Virus record (IMG/VR): IMGVR_UViG_3300045988_005108
Coordinates: 30,118 to 94,117 of that record
Strand: one strand, 5' to 3'
DNA from: a virus
Length of the DNA stretch: 64,000 nucleotides
Positions 1 to 11,800 of the stretch are shown in pieces (within the stretch, counting starts at the first letter, position 1; every line of letters starts with the position of its first letter). Made by a program: the position numbers and the translations under genes. Under the pieces are notes generated by a model, which saw only the letters and a program-made list of their open reading frames with translations, did not search any database and had not been told where the DNA came from.

Positions 1-39
1 TAATCTACTCACTCCCCTTTCTATTATTAACAATTAACT

Positions 40-3000
40 TTATTGCTTAAAAAATGGAATACTTTCTTCTGGGTGTAAACCTCTATATATAGTCTTATTC
101 ATAGGAATTAATGGAGACTCAAACCATAATTTAGTTGCTCTTGAATCACCTTTAAACCTACCTGACTGAATAATAGCATCTTCACCTGCAAAAGTTTCAT
201 AGTTCATAGGATTTAGTAGTCCTACCATACCCAAAACACTCTCTACAGTATTAATACCAGCAGCAGGAGATTTCAAGATTTTAAGAGCTTCTCCTACCAT
301 TTGAGGACCTGGAACCTGAGTACCAATTTCAGTATAAAGTCTCCTTGCTTGATATTCAATCATCTTCTGTAACCAAGGTCTATCCTTATTATCATCCCAA
401 TCCATGAGACCTAAGAATGCAGCAATAATTAAGAAGTGACCTACTTCAGTAGCAGCTCTTTTAATATTAGCTTTTTCTGTCTTTGTAAGGTTTTTCCAAT
501 TAGCAGCTATTGCAAATTGACCTTCCTTCAACTCTTTAGCTAATTGCCACATAAATCTTCCTGTAGTATTATAATAACCCTCTGTCCATGCTTGCAAATC
601 ATAGTTATATGTAGCAGACTTGAACCTTCTGTTAAGAGATGGTTTAATCCACTTTCTAAACATAACACCCATTCTACCTATAGCTAATCTCTGCACTGCA
701 CTTCTATCAGCCTTATTATAAATACCGTGCATTCTCTGATTTATAGCAGCAGATTTCCTACTAAATGCTATAATATCATCTCTTGTAAATGCAGACCCAT
801 CTTCCTTAGTATAACCTTGCTTTAACTGTAACTTAGCACCTAACTTCTTGTTGTTCTTATCTATAGGAACTACCTCCATAGCATCCCATAAGGAAACTAT
901 TTTACCATCAGGAGCTTTCATCTTATAAGCATCTGCAAGTGCTAATGAAGTTCTGTTCTGCATCCAATGCTCACCAGCATTATTCATAAGGAACAAGGCA
1001 GATGTACCAAACATTCTACTGAACCAAGTCTTTCTGTCAAAGTTTACCTCTCTAACATCAGTTTCATATTCCTGCATTACATTGAATAACTCATCCCACA
1101 AAGCAAGCTTGCTTGTCTTGACTCTGTTACCTATCTCAGCCAAGTACTCTGGCAATGCTTTACCATAGTTTCTATCAGCTATTAAGGTATTGGATTCATT
1201 ATAGAACTCACCTGCAAAGGACTCAATTCTCATCATAATTTTACCAGTAGTAACATTTGAAATACCACTCAACAAGTTAAGACCTAACATATTAAGAGAT
1301 GTTACTCTATTAACAAAGTTAGCTACCTTTCCTTTATCAATCTTAGTATTACCAAATGTACCTTCATCAGCCATATATCTACCATAGACTTGCATTTCAA
1401 AGAAGTCATTCAGTCTCTGCATGAATCTTGTTTCATCACCAGATTTAGTTAAGGTTGACTCCACCTTTCTACCTACAGACTTAAACTTTTCAACCAATGG
1501 TTTACCACCCCTTGTCTGTATAATCTCCCTTTCTTTCAGCATATCTCTGCCAAGCTCAAGAACATCAATTATTTTATTCATTTCATTGAAGTCATTAGCC
1601 ATAGCTGCATAGGCTGTAAGAGTAGATACTATATCAGTAGATAAGTCATTAGGGCTTTCACCTTCTTTCATTTTGGTATAGTAGATAGGAAGTACTTGCA
1701 CCTCTTTACCTTCAAAATCCTTTACTGTAGCTCTATCTCCAAACTCAGTGTCATCTGTTCTCCTAATGAATTGGTCTTTAACTGCTTCCCATACTTGTGT
1801 ACTACCTGACCTTACACCATCAGAAGCCTTTACTCTTTCAAGTAAGTCTTTTCTGATTTTAACTGCATTAGTTAAGGTAGTGTACTTGTCAGGAAGGTAT
1901 GAATCCAGCTTGGCTTTTATCTCCATAATCCTATTGTAGTATTCTTTTTGGGCAGGGTTTAAGTTCTGATAAGCCTTATTGCCATAGATTGATACTTTAG
2001 GTTGCTTCTTTCCATTGACTACCTCCATATTAGCATCAAACCAAGCCTGTCTCTCTTTTCTGTACTTCTCTGCATTATCTCCTACAGGATTATTACCATA
2101 CTTCTCATTGAGGGACTTGAACATTTCTCTGACTTTCTCCTTGAATAAGCCTTGATTAATCTCAGAGATATAATTACCTGTAAGATTACCTTTACTGTCT
2201 CTTTCAAACATCCAATCAGTATTCTTTATGCCAGCTTGCTCTAACTTAATGGTAGCAGCTTGAAGCTCCTTCATAACATTGATAGTCTCCAACCTTGCAT
2301 TTTCTTTACTCTTCTTGACAGCTTGGTCCATAACTTTCAGCATATAATCTGAAGAGTCTGCCATAGAATCAAGCCACCTGTCAAAGAAAGATATGTCTTT
2401 GTCAGCAACCTTAACCAAGTCTTCAGCAGTCATAGTCTTACCCTTGAACTTACCAAAGGGAACAGTTATACTTTCCCCTACAAAAGGCTTAATAAAATCA
2501 ACAAAGAGAGGCATTGCCACATTGTTATATCTGACAAACAAGTCTCCAAGTAGCGTAGTTGTGTTATCTAACACAACCCTTACCCTTTGACCATATCTAT
2601 TGTCTGCATATCTCTCTTCATCAATAAGAGCCTTTCTAATATCATCAGTAATATGCTTGTAACTATACAAGTAGTTTCTGACATCTCTTAGAACACCAGC
2701 TCTTTCATTAACATTGGTAGCAGGAATATTCTGCAACATAGTAAGTCTATCACTTACCTTAGTTAATTCTTCAAGAGCATTCTCAACAAAAGTATAGATA
2801 CCTTCAATCTCATTGTTATCTGCTAATTCAATATCCAATCTGTCAATAAGTAACCTTTGATTAGCACTAAACTGGCTATTAGGATTTCTCTTTTCATAAA
2901 TCTTCAATCTCTTCAACTCATTCTCAATGATTCCTTGAAGTAACTTTTTATCTCTTGCAACTCTCTCTGAGGTATTATAGAATACCCCACTTGAAGTAAT

Positions 3001-4095
3001 ATTGCTAATGTCAATAACCTCATCCATACTACCATCAAGGATTTGCTGTGCCAAAGAACCAAAGTTCTTATCAGCCTCCTTCAAGGCTCTTTGTATAGGA
3101 CTTGCATTCAGATTCTTGAAAAAATTCTTAACTGCTTGAATTACTCTTTGCAGTAGATTCTTATAAGGAGCAGATGGAATATTCTCACCTTGAAGAAGAT
3201 GCTTTGCAAGTAGTTTACCCGCAGCTTCTTTTGCCAACTTAGCCTCATCACTATGATATAAGGTATCATAGGTGTCATAGTCCTCACCTATAATTTCTCT
3301 CGCCAATCCATTGGAAGATATGTTATTGATAAGTCTATTGATGAGTGGATTATCTCCCATAGCTTCAATGGCAAAGTGTGCAAATTCCTCAGGAAGTGCT
3401 TTTTCACCTTGAATACCATTAGCAAGCCTAATCATTTCAACAAGACCATTTGCTGCATTTCTTGCAACATCAAAGTCAGTTACACCATGAATACCCATTC
3501 TCTTTTCAAGGTCAGTCAAAGCACCTATCCCTATACCATGAGACTCAAGAATACTCCTCAACCTGTTATTAAGGTTTTCATTGTATTCCATCTTATCTGC
3601 ATTAACAGAGTTAAGCCTATTTCTTTTCTCAACCTTTACTCCAATATGGATTTTTCCTGTTTCACTGTCTTGTATCTTGATTACATTAGCCACATAATCA
3701 TCCCTATACTCTGAGTTCTGATTAAAGGCTATAGCCTTCTGTTTCAACTTCTGATAATTCTCATCATTGTTTACCCACAAGGCTGGTCTGTCCATTCCTT
3801 TCTTATAGTACCCTATTTCTCTATTAAGTCTCTCAAGTACTTTAGTCTCTGGAATAACCTTACTGAGATTAGTCTGCTTTAGCAAACTTCTCAATGTAGG
3901 TTCATTGTTTTCATCTAATGTTAATCTTGGATTCCAATCTCTTATAAAAGAGTCAGCTTTTGTAATAAGATATAGTCTTGTAGCTTCACTTCTATTGTTA
4001 GAGGTGAAGGACAGCAAGTCCTTAAATAACTTGCTGTCCACTACCTGACCATTTCTATTCTTTACCTTTGGAATAATTGCACAACTTTTTGCCAT
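40..4095 (-). CDS. Large 1351-aa protein of the virion-RNAP gene block, function unknown (possibly a virion-delivered protein)
   Basis: Uninterrupted 1351-codon ORF 17 nt downstream of the RNAP C-terminal ORF on the same strand; one hydrophobic helix near the C-terminus (VGHFLIIAAFLGLM); no catalytic motif recognised. Confidence 0.35.
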   Translation of the reverse strand: MAKSCAIIPKVKNRNGQVVDSKLFKDLLSFTSNNRSEATRLYLITKADSFIRDWNPRLTLDENNEPTLRSLLKQTNLSKVIPETKVLERLNREIGYYKKGMDRPALWVNNDENYQKLKQKAIAFNQNSEYRDDYVANVIKIQDSETGKIHIGVKVEKRNRLNSVNADKMEYNENLNNRLRSILESHGIGIGALTDLEKRMGIHGVTDFDVARNAANGLVEMIRLANGIQGEKALPEEFAHFAIEAMGDNPLINRLINNISSNGLAREIIGEDYDTYDTLYHSDEAKLAKEAAGKLLAKHLLQGENIPSAPYKNLLQRVIQAVKNFFKNLNASPIQRALKEADKNFGSLAQQILDGSMDEVIDISNITSSGVFYNTSERVARDKKLLQGIIENELKRLKIYEKRNPNSQFSANQRLLIDRLDIELADNNEIEGIYTFVENALEELTKVSDRLTMLQNIPATNVNERAGVLRDVRNYLYSYKHITDDIRKALIDEERYADNRYGQRVRVVLDNTTTLLGDLFVRYNNVAMPLFVDFIKPFVGESITVPFGKFKGKTMTAEDLVKVADKDISFFDRWLDSMADSSDYMLKVMDQAVKKSKENARLETINVMKELQAATIKLEQAGIKNTDWMFERDSKGNLTGNYISEINQGLFKEKVREMFKSLNEKYGNNPVGDNAEKYRKERQAWFDANMEVVNGKKQPKVSIYGNKAYQNLNPAQKEYYNRIMEIKAKLDSYLPDKYTTLTNAVKIRKDLLERVKASDGVRSGSTQVWEAVKDQFIRRTDDTEFGDRATVKDFEGKEVQVLPIYYTKMKEGESPNDLSTDIVSTLTAYAAMANDFNEMNKIIDVLELGRDMLKEREIIQTRGGKPLVEKFKSVGRKVESTLTKSGDETRFMQRLNDFFEMQVYGRYMADEGTFGNTKIDKGKVANFVNRVTSLNMLGLNLLSGISNVTTGKIMMRIESFAGEFYNESNTLIADRNYGKALPEYLAEIGNRVKTSKLALWDELFNVMQEYETDVREVNFDRKTWFSRMFGTSALFLMNNAGEHWMQNRTSLALADAYKMKAPDGKIVSLWDAMEVVPIDKNNKKLGAKLQLKQGYTKEDGSAFTRDDIIAFSRKSAAINQRMHGIYNKADRSAVQRLAIGRMGVMFRKWIKPSLNRRFKSATYNYDLQAWTEGYYNTTGRFMWQLAKELKEGQFAIAANWKNLTKTEKANIKRAATEVGHFLIIAAFLGLMDWDDNKDRPWLQKMIEYQARRLYTEIGTQVPGPQMVGEALKILKSPAAGINTVESVLGMVGLLNPMNYETFAGEDAIIQSGRFKGDSRATKLWFESPLIPMNKTIYRGLHPEESIPFFKQ

Positions 4096-4112
4096 GTTTA
4101 TTCTATAAACCG

Positions 4113-7100
4113 TTATAAACTATATAATGTTGGAGCACCACAAATACTATCACCATTCTCATCCTTATACTCTGTATTAGGCTGAATAGTTGTCACATCA
4201 TCAGCCTTAGGAGCATAAGTATCAAGAGGAGTACCATATACCTGTTGGAAGGCATCAGTATCTACTTGTGGAATAGAATCCCAATACTCTTGAGGCATAT
4301 CTTGATAATCAGGCATAGAATCATAATCAACCTCAGCATCTCCAAGGTCAAATCTTGACAATGTATCTGCATAAGGGTCATAATCTTTCCTGTTCTTATC
4401 AATTACAGTTTCCATCTCCTCTACATCCTTGCCATATTCATATTCAATGAAGCTGTTTCTGAAGCCTAATGGTTCAATCCTTTCATAGATTGCAACATTA
4501 GTTTGTTCAGTACCTACAGATGATAACTTGTAATAGACATAGTTTCCTCTGATTCTTCTACCTATATACTTAAAGAAGTCATAAGCAGGACCATCAGGAG
4601 TATCTATCCTTTTCTTGATAACTTTCTTATCTCCAAAGGTAGCATTATCATCAATTACAAATGTAACTTCATCCTTAACTTCATTATCCTCTCCTATGAA
4701 CTGGACAGAGGCTGTATCAGGGATTTCAGGAACCAACTTTCTATTATCCAAGTGATTATAGACATATTGGTCTACAAATTGACTATAATCATCACTTGAT
4801 GACAAGAGAGTTCTCAATGTACTTATGTACTCTGGGATAGCATTTCTCACTGCCACAGGTGCCAAATGGATAAAGGTTGAAGGTCCAAATGCAAAGCCAT
4901 TCCTATAATAGCTGTATCTGAATAAGTTAAGAGCAAGTTTCTGAGCTTCTGGGTTACTCATATACAACAGAGATGCCCAATCTCTCATATATCTTTCTCT
5001 CAAAGTAGGACTTAACTGACCTACATTCTTAAACACTACTGTGTCTACAGGATTACTGTCATTTGCCCTAATTACCTTGAGTCTCTTAATAAATTCAAGG
5101 TCAGCTATATCCTCATTATCTGTAACCACTCTCTTGAAGTACTCAGGGAAATTATTAATGAAGTCCTTTCTCTTATCAGAGGAAGTTACAATAATATCAC
5201 CTACTTCTGAGTCTGGGTTTACAATCAATTCAGAACCAAAGAATCCATTCTTTGACATGATGTAGGCAAGCAAGTCATTATAAATACTATTCATAGTCTT
5301 TACATTCAACTTACCAGTCTTTGTCATGTCTCTAAGGTCATCAATTACAGTTCTGAATGATTCAGTATATTGAGGGAAGTAAGACCCTAACATTTCCTCT
5401 GTTTTCTGTAAGCCAAGAGTGTAGAAAGCCTGTAAGAAGGGAAGAGGAGCAGACAATAGTCTTTCTCTTAGAGTGTCAGTGTCAGGATTGTCTGATAACA
5501 GACCATCAAGTATTACATTGGCATTCTTCAATGGAAACTTGTCATTATTCTCTATCTGGTCTAACAGGTCTTTTACTTTCTGCATCTTTAACTCTGTATC
5601 TGCAATAGTAGGACCAGCAGCACCTCCTTGGGTATCAGACCTTGTAGCTTGTACTAATTGTCCTAAAGCATCAGCAGAGTTCATAATTCTCTTGAACAAA
5701 TATCCAACTGCAACTTGTTTCTGGTAGAACTCAATTTTTCTGAAATCAGAAGTCTGAGACCTGTCAGTAACAGCCTCCTTAGCAAGCATTATATTGTCTG
5801 CAAGCTCTTCAATATAGAAGCTATTATTCTTGTAGTTATCATAAGTCAAGTCACTATTAAGAGCAGCCTTCTCCTTATACTTATCCAGTACTTCATCAAT
5901 GATAGTATCTTTGCCTTTACCTTCTCTACTCTCTCTAAAATAGGTCTGAGTAATCTCTTGAACTATAGGCTGCATCATTAACAAACCTATCTCAATAGGG
6001 TTATAACCTAATCTTGAGAGAAGCATAGAAGCATCAGCAGTGAAAGTATTCTGATTAAGTGCTGCAAGCACAGGGTCTTTAACATTATCCACAGAAGCAG
6101 CCAAGAATCCAGCATTATTCTTTGAGATAAATTCCTTGTCACCATTCATAATATCATGTAAAGATGTAAGTCTCTTTCCATTCAATACAAATGAGCCATT
6201 TTCTTCATCCAAAGCTAACTGAGTATGTTGCATCAAAGCATGATTTGCATTATGGTTGGCATAAATACCAATCAACTTAGCACCAGTCATGTTCTGCTGA
6301 TGTAACATTACCTGAGTTCTTGGTGATAATGGGTCCATCTTGACCTTTGTCTTTTCTGCCAACTTATCAAGAGTATCAAGGTCTAAGTCAAATAGATATG
6401 AAGCAATAGACTTGGGATAAGACTTTCCACCTTTCTGTACAGTCTTATTAAGTTCTACACCTACATCCTTTAATGCTTGAGCCAAGTCACTCTCATAAGA
6501 ATCATTGAGAATGGTCATTATTCTTGCAGACTTCTTCTGATAATCAAAGCCACCTGGGTTAAGAATTTTTGAAGCTGTATCTGCATTAGTCAGAACTCCA
6601 TACATCATATCTATCAGCAAGTTATTTCTTGCTTTAAGACTGTTCTCCTGTGGAGATTTATTGAAGTCATACTTTACCTTGCTTATAATAGGCTTGGCAA
6701 GTCTGTACTTCTCTTTATTCTCCTTGAACCATTCCTTAAAGTCATCAGTATCTGCATTGAGAATATCCTCTGCTAATTGGCTATGAGTGAATTGTGACAA
6801 TACTTGATTGAATAAGCTATTCATTCTTGCATAGTCTTCTCTTGCCTGTCTCATATCATACTTCTTAACTCTGAACTCAGGTAACATGATATACATCTTA
6901 TCCACATCAAAGTCAGAACCTGATAGAGTAGTAATCTCAGCAGGAAGCATAATTGCAGAACCATTCTGTTGAGGAAGGAATCCCTTAATATACAGAGGAG
7001 CCATTGAATATTTATCCTCCGTTGGGACTCTATATCCAATCAACTTTCTCAAATCCTCAGGAAGTTTAGTTACATCAAGCTGGTGAGTATTTGGGTCCAT

Positions 7101-7766
7101 GAGAGGCTCATAGAACTCTCTACTATATGCAGGCATATAACATTCAAGATACTTAATCCTCTTGTTAGCACCTTCACCTTCAAATACTACATGAAGTTCA
7201 TCAGTCAAGCCATAATCAGATACCTGAATTAAAGCTCCACCTCTAATCTTCTGTTTAGTAATTCTACTCTTGATTACACTATTAAGGAGTGTCTGTACTC
7301 TTTGAGATTGCACAGGGTCAAAGAGAGGGATATTGAAGTTGTTGTTCTCATCAAGAGTACAAGCCCTCATCATATCCACACCATATCTTTGATTACCCCT
7401 TATCTCTTCAAGTAAGATTTCCTCTACTTTCTCTGGTTTTTTGAATATCTCATCTACATCAGCAAATGCTTGAAGAATATTCTCAGTATTGATGGCATTA
7501 TACAGGTCAAGCCATTCTTTCTTAGTCATCTTCTTACCATCAACCTCAATGATTGTGTCATCAGAGATGTCAGCAGTAATTAGTTTTCTAATCTGAGTAC
7601 CTACCAACTGAACTGCATCAATAGCATGTTCAGGAGTTGCAGTCTGAATACCATAATCTTCATAAGATACCTTATGTACTACATTAGGATTCTCATTACC
7701 AAATCCAATGCCTGTAGCATCTTTAAGCCTCTGAATTACATCAGCCTCTGTATTTACATCATTCAA
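4113..7766 (-). CDS. Virion-type giant RNA polymerase (crAss-like), C-terminal portion carrying the DxDxD catalytic loop
   Basis: 1217-aa ORF; LSGSDFDVDKMY resembles the DFDID metal-binding loop recalled for crAss-like virion RNAP; no ATG (track start is TTG) and the frame stays open upstream to 7808, as expected for the 3' part of a split gene. Confidence 0.6.
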   Translation of the reverse strand: MNDVNTEADVIQRLKDATGIGFGNENPNVVHKVSYEDYGIQTATPEHAIDAVQLVGTQIRKLITADISDDTIIEVDGKKMTKKEWLDLYNAINTENILQAFADVDEIFKKPEKVEEILLEEIRGNQRYGVDMMRACTLDENNNFNIPLFDPVQSQRVQTLLNSVIKSRITKQKIRGGALIQVSDYGLTDELHVVFEGEGANKRIKYLECYMPAYSREFYEPLMDPNTHQLDVTKLPEDLRKLIGYRVPTEDKYSMAPLYIKGFLPQQNGSAIMLPAEITTLSGSDFDVDKMYIMLPEFRVKKYDMRQAREDYARMNSLFNQVLSQFTHSQLAEDILNADTDDFKEWFKENKEKYRLAKPIISKVKYDFNKSPQENSLKARNNLLIDMMYGVLTNADTASKILNPGGFDYQKKSARIMTILNDSYESDLAQALKDVGVELNKTVQKGGKSYPKSIASYLFDLDLDTLDKLAEKTKVKMDPLSPRTQVMLHQQNMTGAKLIGIYANHNANHALMQHTQLALDEENGSFVLNGKRLTSLHDIMNGDKEFISKNNAGFLAASVDNVKDPVLAALNQNTFTADASMLLSRLGYNPIEIGLLMMQPIVQEITQTYFRESREGKGKDTIIDEVLDKYKEKAALNSDLTYDNYKNNSFYIEELADNIMLAKEAVTDRSQTSDFRKIEFYQKQVAVGYLFKRIMNSADALGQLVQATRSDTQGGAAGPTIADTELKMQKVKDLLDQIENNDKFPLKNANVILDGLLSDNPDTDTLRERLLSAPLPFLQAFYTLGLQKTEEMLGSYFPQYTESFRTVIDDLRDMTKTGKLNVKTMNSIYNDLLAYIMSKNGFFGSELIVNPDSEVGDIIVTSSDKRKDFINNFPEYFKRVVTDNEDIADLEFIKRLKVIRANDSNPVDTVVFKNVGQLSPTLRERYMRDWASLLYMSNPEAQKLALNLFRYSYYRNGFAFGPSTFIHLAPVAVRNAIPEYISTLRTLLSSSDDYSQFVDQYVYNHLDNRKLVPEIPDTASVQFIGEDNEVKDEVTFVIDDNATFGDKKVIKKRIDTPDGPAYDFFKYIGRRIRGNYVYYKLSSVGTEQTNVAIYERIEPLGFRNSFIEYEYGKDVEEMETVIDKNRKDYDPYADTLSRFDLGDAEVDYDSMPDYQDMPQEYWDSIPQVDTDAFQQVYGTPLDTYAPKADDVTTIQPNTEYKDENGDSICGAPTLYSL

Positions 7767-8016
7767 ATCTATTACACCTTGTTTCAGTTTTGTTATCCTA
7801 TAAGCTTTTTATCTCATAGTTCTTACATTTCATTTAATGTAAGCTCGGCGTACATTTTCATCTTTAGCTTTACCTATTAAGATGCAGGACACTCTTGGGT
7901 CTATTATATTTATTCAAGACCTACGCTCTACACTACTAATTAACCTTTCGTAATTTAATTAGTTAGCTCGGTATTAGCATCTCAGCTTTCACCGATTTTG
8001 CCCTGTAATTATATCA
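7767..8016 (-). other. Non-coding stem-rich segment between the endonuclease ORF and the RNAP 3' ORF (possible intron core or leader)
   Basis: 250 nt without ORF, locally GC-richer; minus-strand stems such as CTAACTAATTAA-N11(CGAAAG)-TTAATTAGTAG, GGTCT-N14-AGACC, CTTACATT-N6-AATGTAAG. Confidence 0.3.
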
Positions 8017-8784
8017 TTAATTACTTAATGATACGGCAAACAAATATTTATTATATTTTCTATCTAAGTAAACATGGGCATTATTATAAATAGTATTTAA
8101 GAATTGTATTGCTTTACTGTGAGTAAATTTAGTTTCATAATAGTTGTTGTTACCATATTTAGTTACTAAGTTTTCAATACCAGTATACTTCAAACAATTT
8201 GTAACTATATTTAGAGTTCCTACTATATTAACTCTTGGATATGGTTTAGTACAATTCTTATGTTCATCTATTCCAACACTTCCATCACCATCAAATACTC
8301 CTCTTACAAAAGGAATAACCAATGAAGAATCTTGGAATATACTCATACTTGGGAATTTCAAAATTAAAGATTTTCTTGGAGTGCATCCATAAGATATTAA
8401 CATATCTTTTAAGTGCTTACTTTTATTCATTATACTATATGATGTATATTCTTTGTAATGTTTAATTCTTATTGGATTCTTTGAACTAATAAACTCTTTG
8501 AATTTCTCTAAGTGCTCTCTGTCTATCAATCCAATCTCTAAACTACCATTATCAGAAATACAACCATCAGCATAAATGAAACCTAGCCAATATGCTTTCT
8601 CCTCAGTATCAATATTATCAAATATATGCTCATTGAATTGAGCTTTTGATAGTTTGATATTAAAAGATTTAAGTATATAAGATACTGTAGTATAGTATAT
8701 ACCTAATTCTTCTGCAATTTCCTTAACTCTTTTTCCTTGTAAAGCAAGTTCTTTTACTTTTTCATAATTTACTCTTTTCTTCAT
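8017..8784 (-). CDS. LAGLIDADG homing endonuclease (double-motif) with N-terminal HTH-like region
   Basis: 255 aa; two LAGLIDADG motifs (YWLGFIYADGCI and FVRGVFDGDGSV); sits between the two RNAP ORFs; has its own promoter-like motif. Confidence 0.85.
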   Translation of the reverse strand: MKKRVNYEKVKELALQGKRVKEIAEELGIYYTTVSYILKSFNIKLSKAQFNEHIFDNIDTEEKAYWLGFIYADGCISDNGSLEIGLIDREHLEKFKEFISSKNPIRIKHYKEYTSYSIMNKSKHLKDMLISYGCTPRKSLILKFPSMSIFQDSSLVIPFVRGVFDGDGSVGIDEHKNCTKPYPRVNIVGTLNIVTNCLKYTGIENLVTKYGNNNYYETKFTHSKAIQFLNTIYNNAHVYLDRKYNKYLFAVSLSN

Positions 8785-8806
8785 ATCATTACCTTTATAT
8801 TTGCTA

Positions 8807-8838
8807 CAAAGGTAGTAATAATTTATCTACTTAGCAAG
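8807..8838 (-). promoter_or_regulatory. Bacteroidetes-type promoter (cTTG-N20-TAccTTTG) for the LAGLIDADG ORF
   Basis: Minus strand reads CTTG...TTACTACCTTTGTAGCAAAT, the -7 box ending 22 nt before the ATG at 8784; same motif family as the five other promoters listed. Confidence 0.5.
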
Positions 8839-8854
8839 GATATAAATAAAATAT

Positions 8855-11800
8855 TTATACTTTACCAACCTTAGTAGTAGACTCAAACTGAACTACATCA
8901 ATCTGATTATCCTCCATAAACTTATTTATGGCTTTCAGCTTGCCTGACCTTCCTAAAGGACCAGCAATTAGTTCGTGCATAGCAAGTAATAGGAACTCTG
9001 AGTTCTTATGCTGTACAGGAGTCTTAATTCCAGTATGACCTTCAATGCCACTGTTATTATTGACTTGTGTATAAACATAAGGCTTCTTAGTCTGCCAAAT
9101 GATATTGAAGTCTTTGATATTCCAATCTCCATTCTTGAAGTTGTTATATGCCTGCTCCATATCATCTGTCCACTGACCTGACATACCAAGTATTGCCCTA
9201 TAGGAACTCAAACTTCTATATGCCTGAGCATCTGCTACATTCACATTCTTAAACTTGTAAATGATATTGTCTCTGTCTATCTTGGTCATTTCATTTCTTC
9301 TAACCCTTTCATCAAGTACAGTCTTGATGTCTTCAAGTACAGAAGATATTATCTCATCATCCTTCAAGTAGATAGTTCTTTCCCAATCCCTACCAATTCT
9401 CTCACCTTTATAAGTAGCCTTAGTATTCAATCTAAGAGCAGGAGCATGAACCTCCTTATATCTCTTCTGAAAGTCCTCAAGGTTCTTATAGAAAGCAAGG
9501 TCAGTAGTAGTAAGCTGGATAATTTGTGAAGTAGCTAACTTACTGTTCCAATAGTACTCTCTAAGAGCATCTTTAGCATTGTTCTTAACAAACAGGCTTC
9601 TTGAGATTGACTGAGCATCTTTCAATTCCATCTCACCTCTTGTTGCCCTATCTGTCATCAGATTCTTAATCTGCTCCATCAGGTTATTGGCTTCCCTACT
9701 ATCAAAAGCACTATTATTGTTATAGGCTCTAAGCATTAGTTCCATATTGGTATTCCACAATGAACCTAAAGCCTCTTTAGCCTTAATAAGTGCCTTTGCA
9801 GTTATTGCATTCTGCTTAGACTGACCTTCAAAAGGAAGATACTTGTACTTGCCATTAGGAAGTTCATCAAGCAGTCCTGCCCTTGACCAATCTCTGTAGG
9901 TTTGTTCAAAACCATCTTCCATCATGTCATTAAGAGTAGTTCTTAGAAAGTTTCTGAGTTCAGCACCAGTACCTGTGGATTTAAGTCTGCTTAACCTATC
10001 AATGAATGTTTCTCCATTGTCGTATCTGAGGTTGTTAAGTGCAGGAAGGAACTTAAATTCTGCACCTCCTATACTCTTTATACTACCATCTTTCTTTCTG
10101 ACAATATCATAGTTGGCAATAGGTTCTACATTCTTATCTCCACTCTGATAAGCATCATCCCTTTCTCTAACCAGCATGATTCTGTCATACTCTTGATTAA
10201 CCAAGTCTACTAACTTGTCAAGGATAACATCATCATAGGCTCTTTTCTTACCATTTTCATCAAGTACATCACCTGTTGTGTACTTTCTGAATCTGATAAA
10301 CTCAGCAGAAGGACTATCTGAAAGAATAGGAACATGATACCAAGCATACTTTATACTTGACTTTGCAGAATCAGGGTCTCCCCAATACTCTGTAAGAAGA
10401 GCTAAAGTATAGTCCAAATCATCCCAATTGGTATAGTCTACTTTGTCAGAGTTCAGCACTACTTTATGGTTAAGACCTCTTCTCAATTCATCAGACTCTG
10501 CAAGCTGTCTTAGCCAGTCATTTCTCCAATGACCATCCTTAAAGAACCACTCATAATCCTTGAACTCAGTTTGCATAAACTGTTCAAATCTCTCCTTGTC
10601 ATTCATAACATTCTTGAGATTCTTGATAAGTTTACCTAAATAGTTAGGAGTAACATGAGAATAGTAAGACTTATCATTCTCTCTGACACTACTTTCAATA
10701 GCATCCTCAGTTACCTCTGCCATCATACTTGCAATCATATTGTAAGCAGAGCCAAAAGTATTGATAAGGTCTCCTCTCTTCTCAGTACCATCCTCCCTTG
10801 TCTCAGACTTGACTTCACCTTTCTTAATACCACTGAATATGACATTCAATTGTGGTAAAAGAAGCATAATTGGGTCAGTAAATGTGATACCTGGAGCTGT
10901 CTTTATATCAGTTAATGCAGTCTTTAATACAGAAGGATTAGCATCAATACCTAACATATGAAGTAACTTCATTATGGTATTCCATACATCTTCTCTTTCC
11001 AAGAGTTGAAGTCTGGATTCTGTATCAAGGTTCTGGAACATATTGTTCAATGTCTCAGTCCATTGCAAACCCTTAGCTGCATTATCCTTGTTTATTTCCC
11101 TATTCTTCTCATATACACTATCATCATCAAGCTGTACTCCATTCTCATAGTTATCTCTCCAAGCATCAAGGAGATAATACACACCTTCAGGCTTATTAAT
11201 GGCAATAGTTTCCATTTTGAAAGAACCATCAGGCATCATTCTTTTCTTTTGAATCCAGTAAGGCATAAAGTCCTTTCTGAAGTCTTGATAGAATTGAGAG
11301 AATAAAGTTTCATCACCTTGAAGTAATTCTATTATTTGATTAACCCAAGGTTTAATCTTAGCCACATTTTCCAATAAAGGAATCATGTCATCAGAGTTAA
11401 TCATATTCCTTAACTTGTCAATGAAAGTAGCATGAACATAGTCAGCATCAAGGTATCTTGTGAAACCTAAATCATCTTCTTCATACATACCCTCATAATC
11501 AAGTTTAGGTACTTGTCTGATTACTTTTCTTACAGCTTGTGACAGAGACTCCTGTGAACTTACCTGTCTGAAATTGGTCATCCACCCATCTTTATAAGCC
11601 TCTTCTTGTCTCCAATCCTCTGCTTCATTATCTACCTCACTGTTACCATCAGGGTCATCATCATTGAGGTTTGCATCAGCAGGTGCAATGTAGTTGGGGT
11701 CTATCCTAATACCCTCAGTCATTACAAGCAAAGTACTTGCTTCCTCAGCAAGAGCTTTATAAACACTAGGGTCATCAACTATCTTCTTATATTCCTGATT

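Noticed and set aside
7785-8863. Attempt to locate a group I P1 guide sequence for the LAGLIDADG-containing insertion in the RNAP gene.
   Set aside because: The best helix (exon GUCUACU with intron AGUAGAU) lacks the obligatory splice-site U:G wobble. No GCCAAC-type guide for the ...GGUUGGU exon end was found before or after the ORF. The intron call is therefore kept as a hypothesis only.
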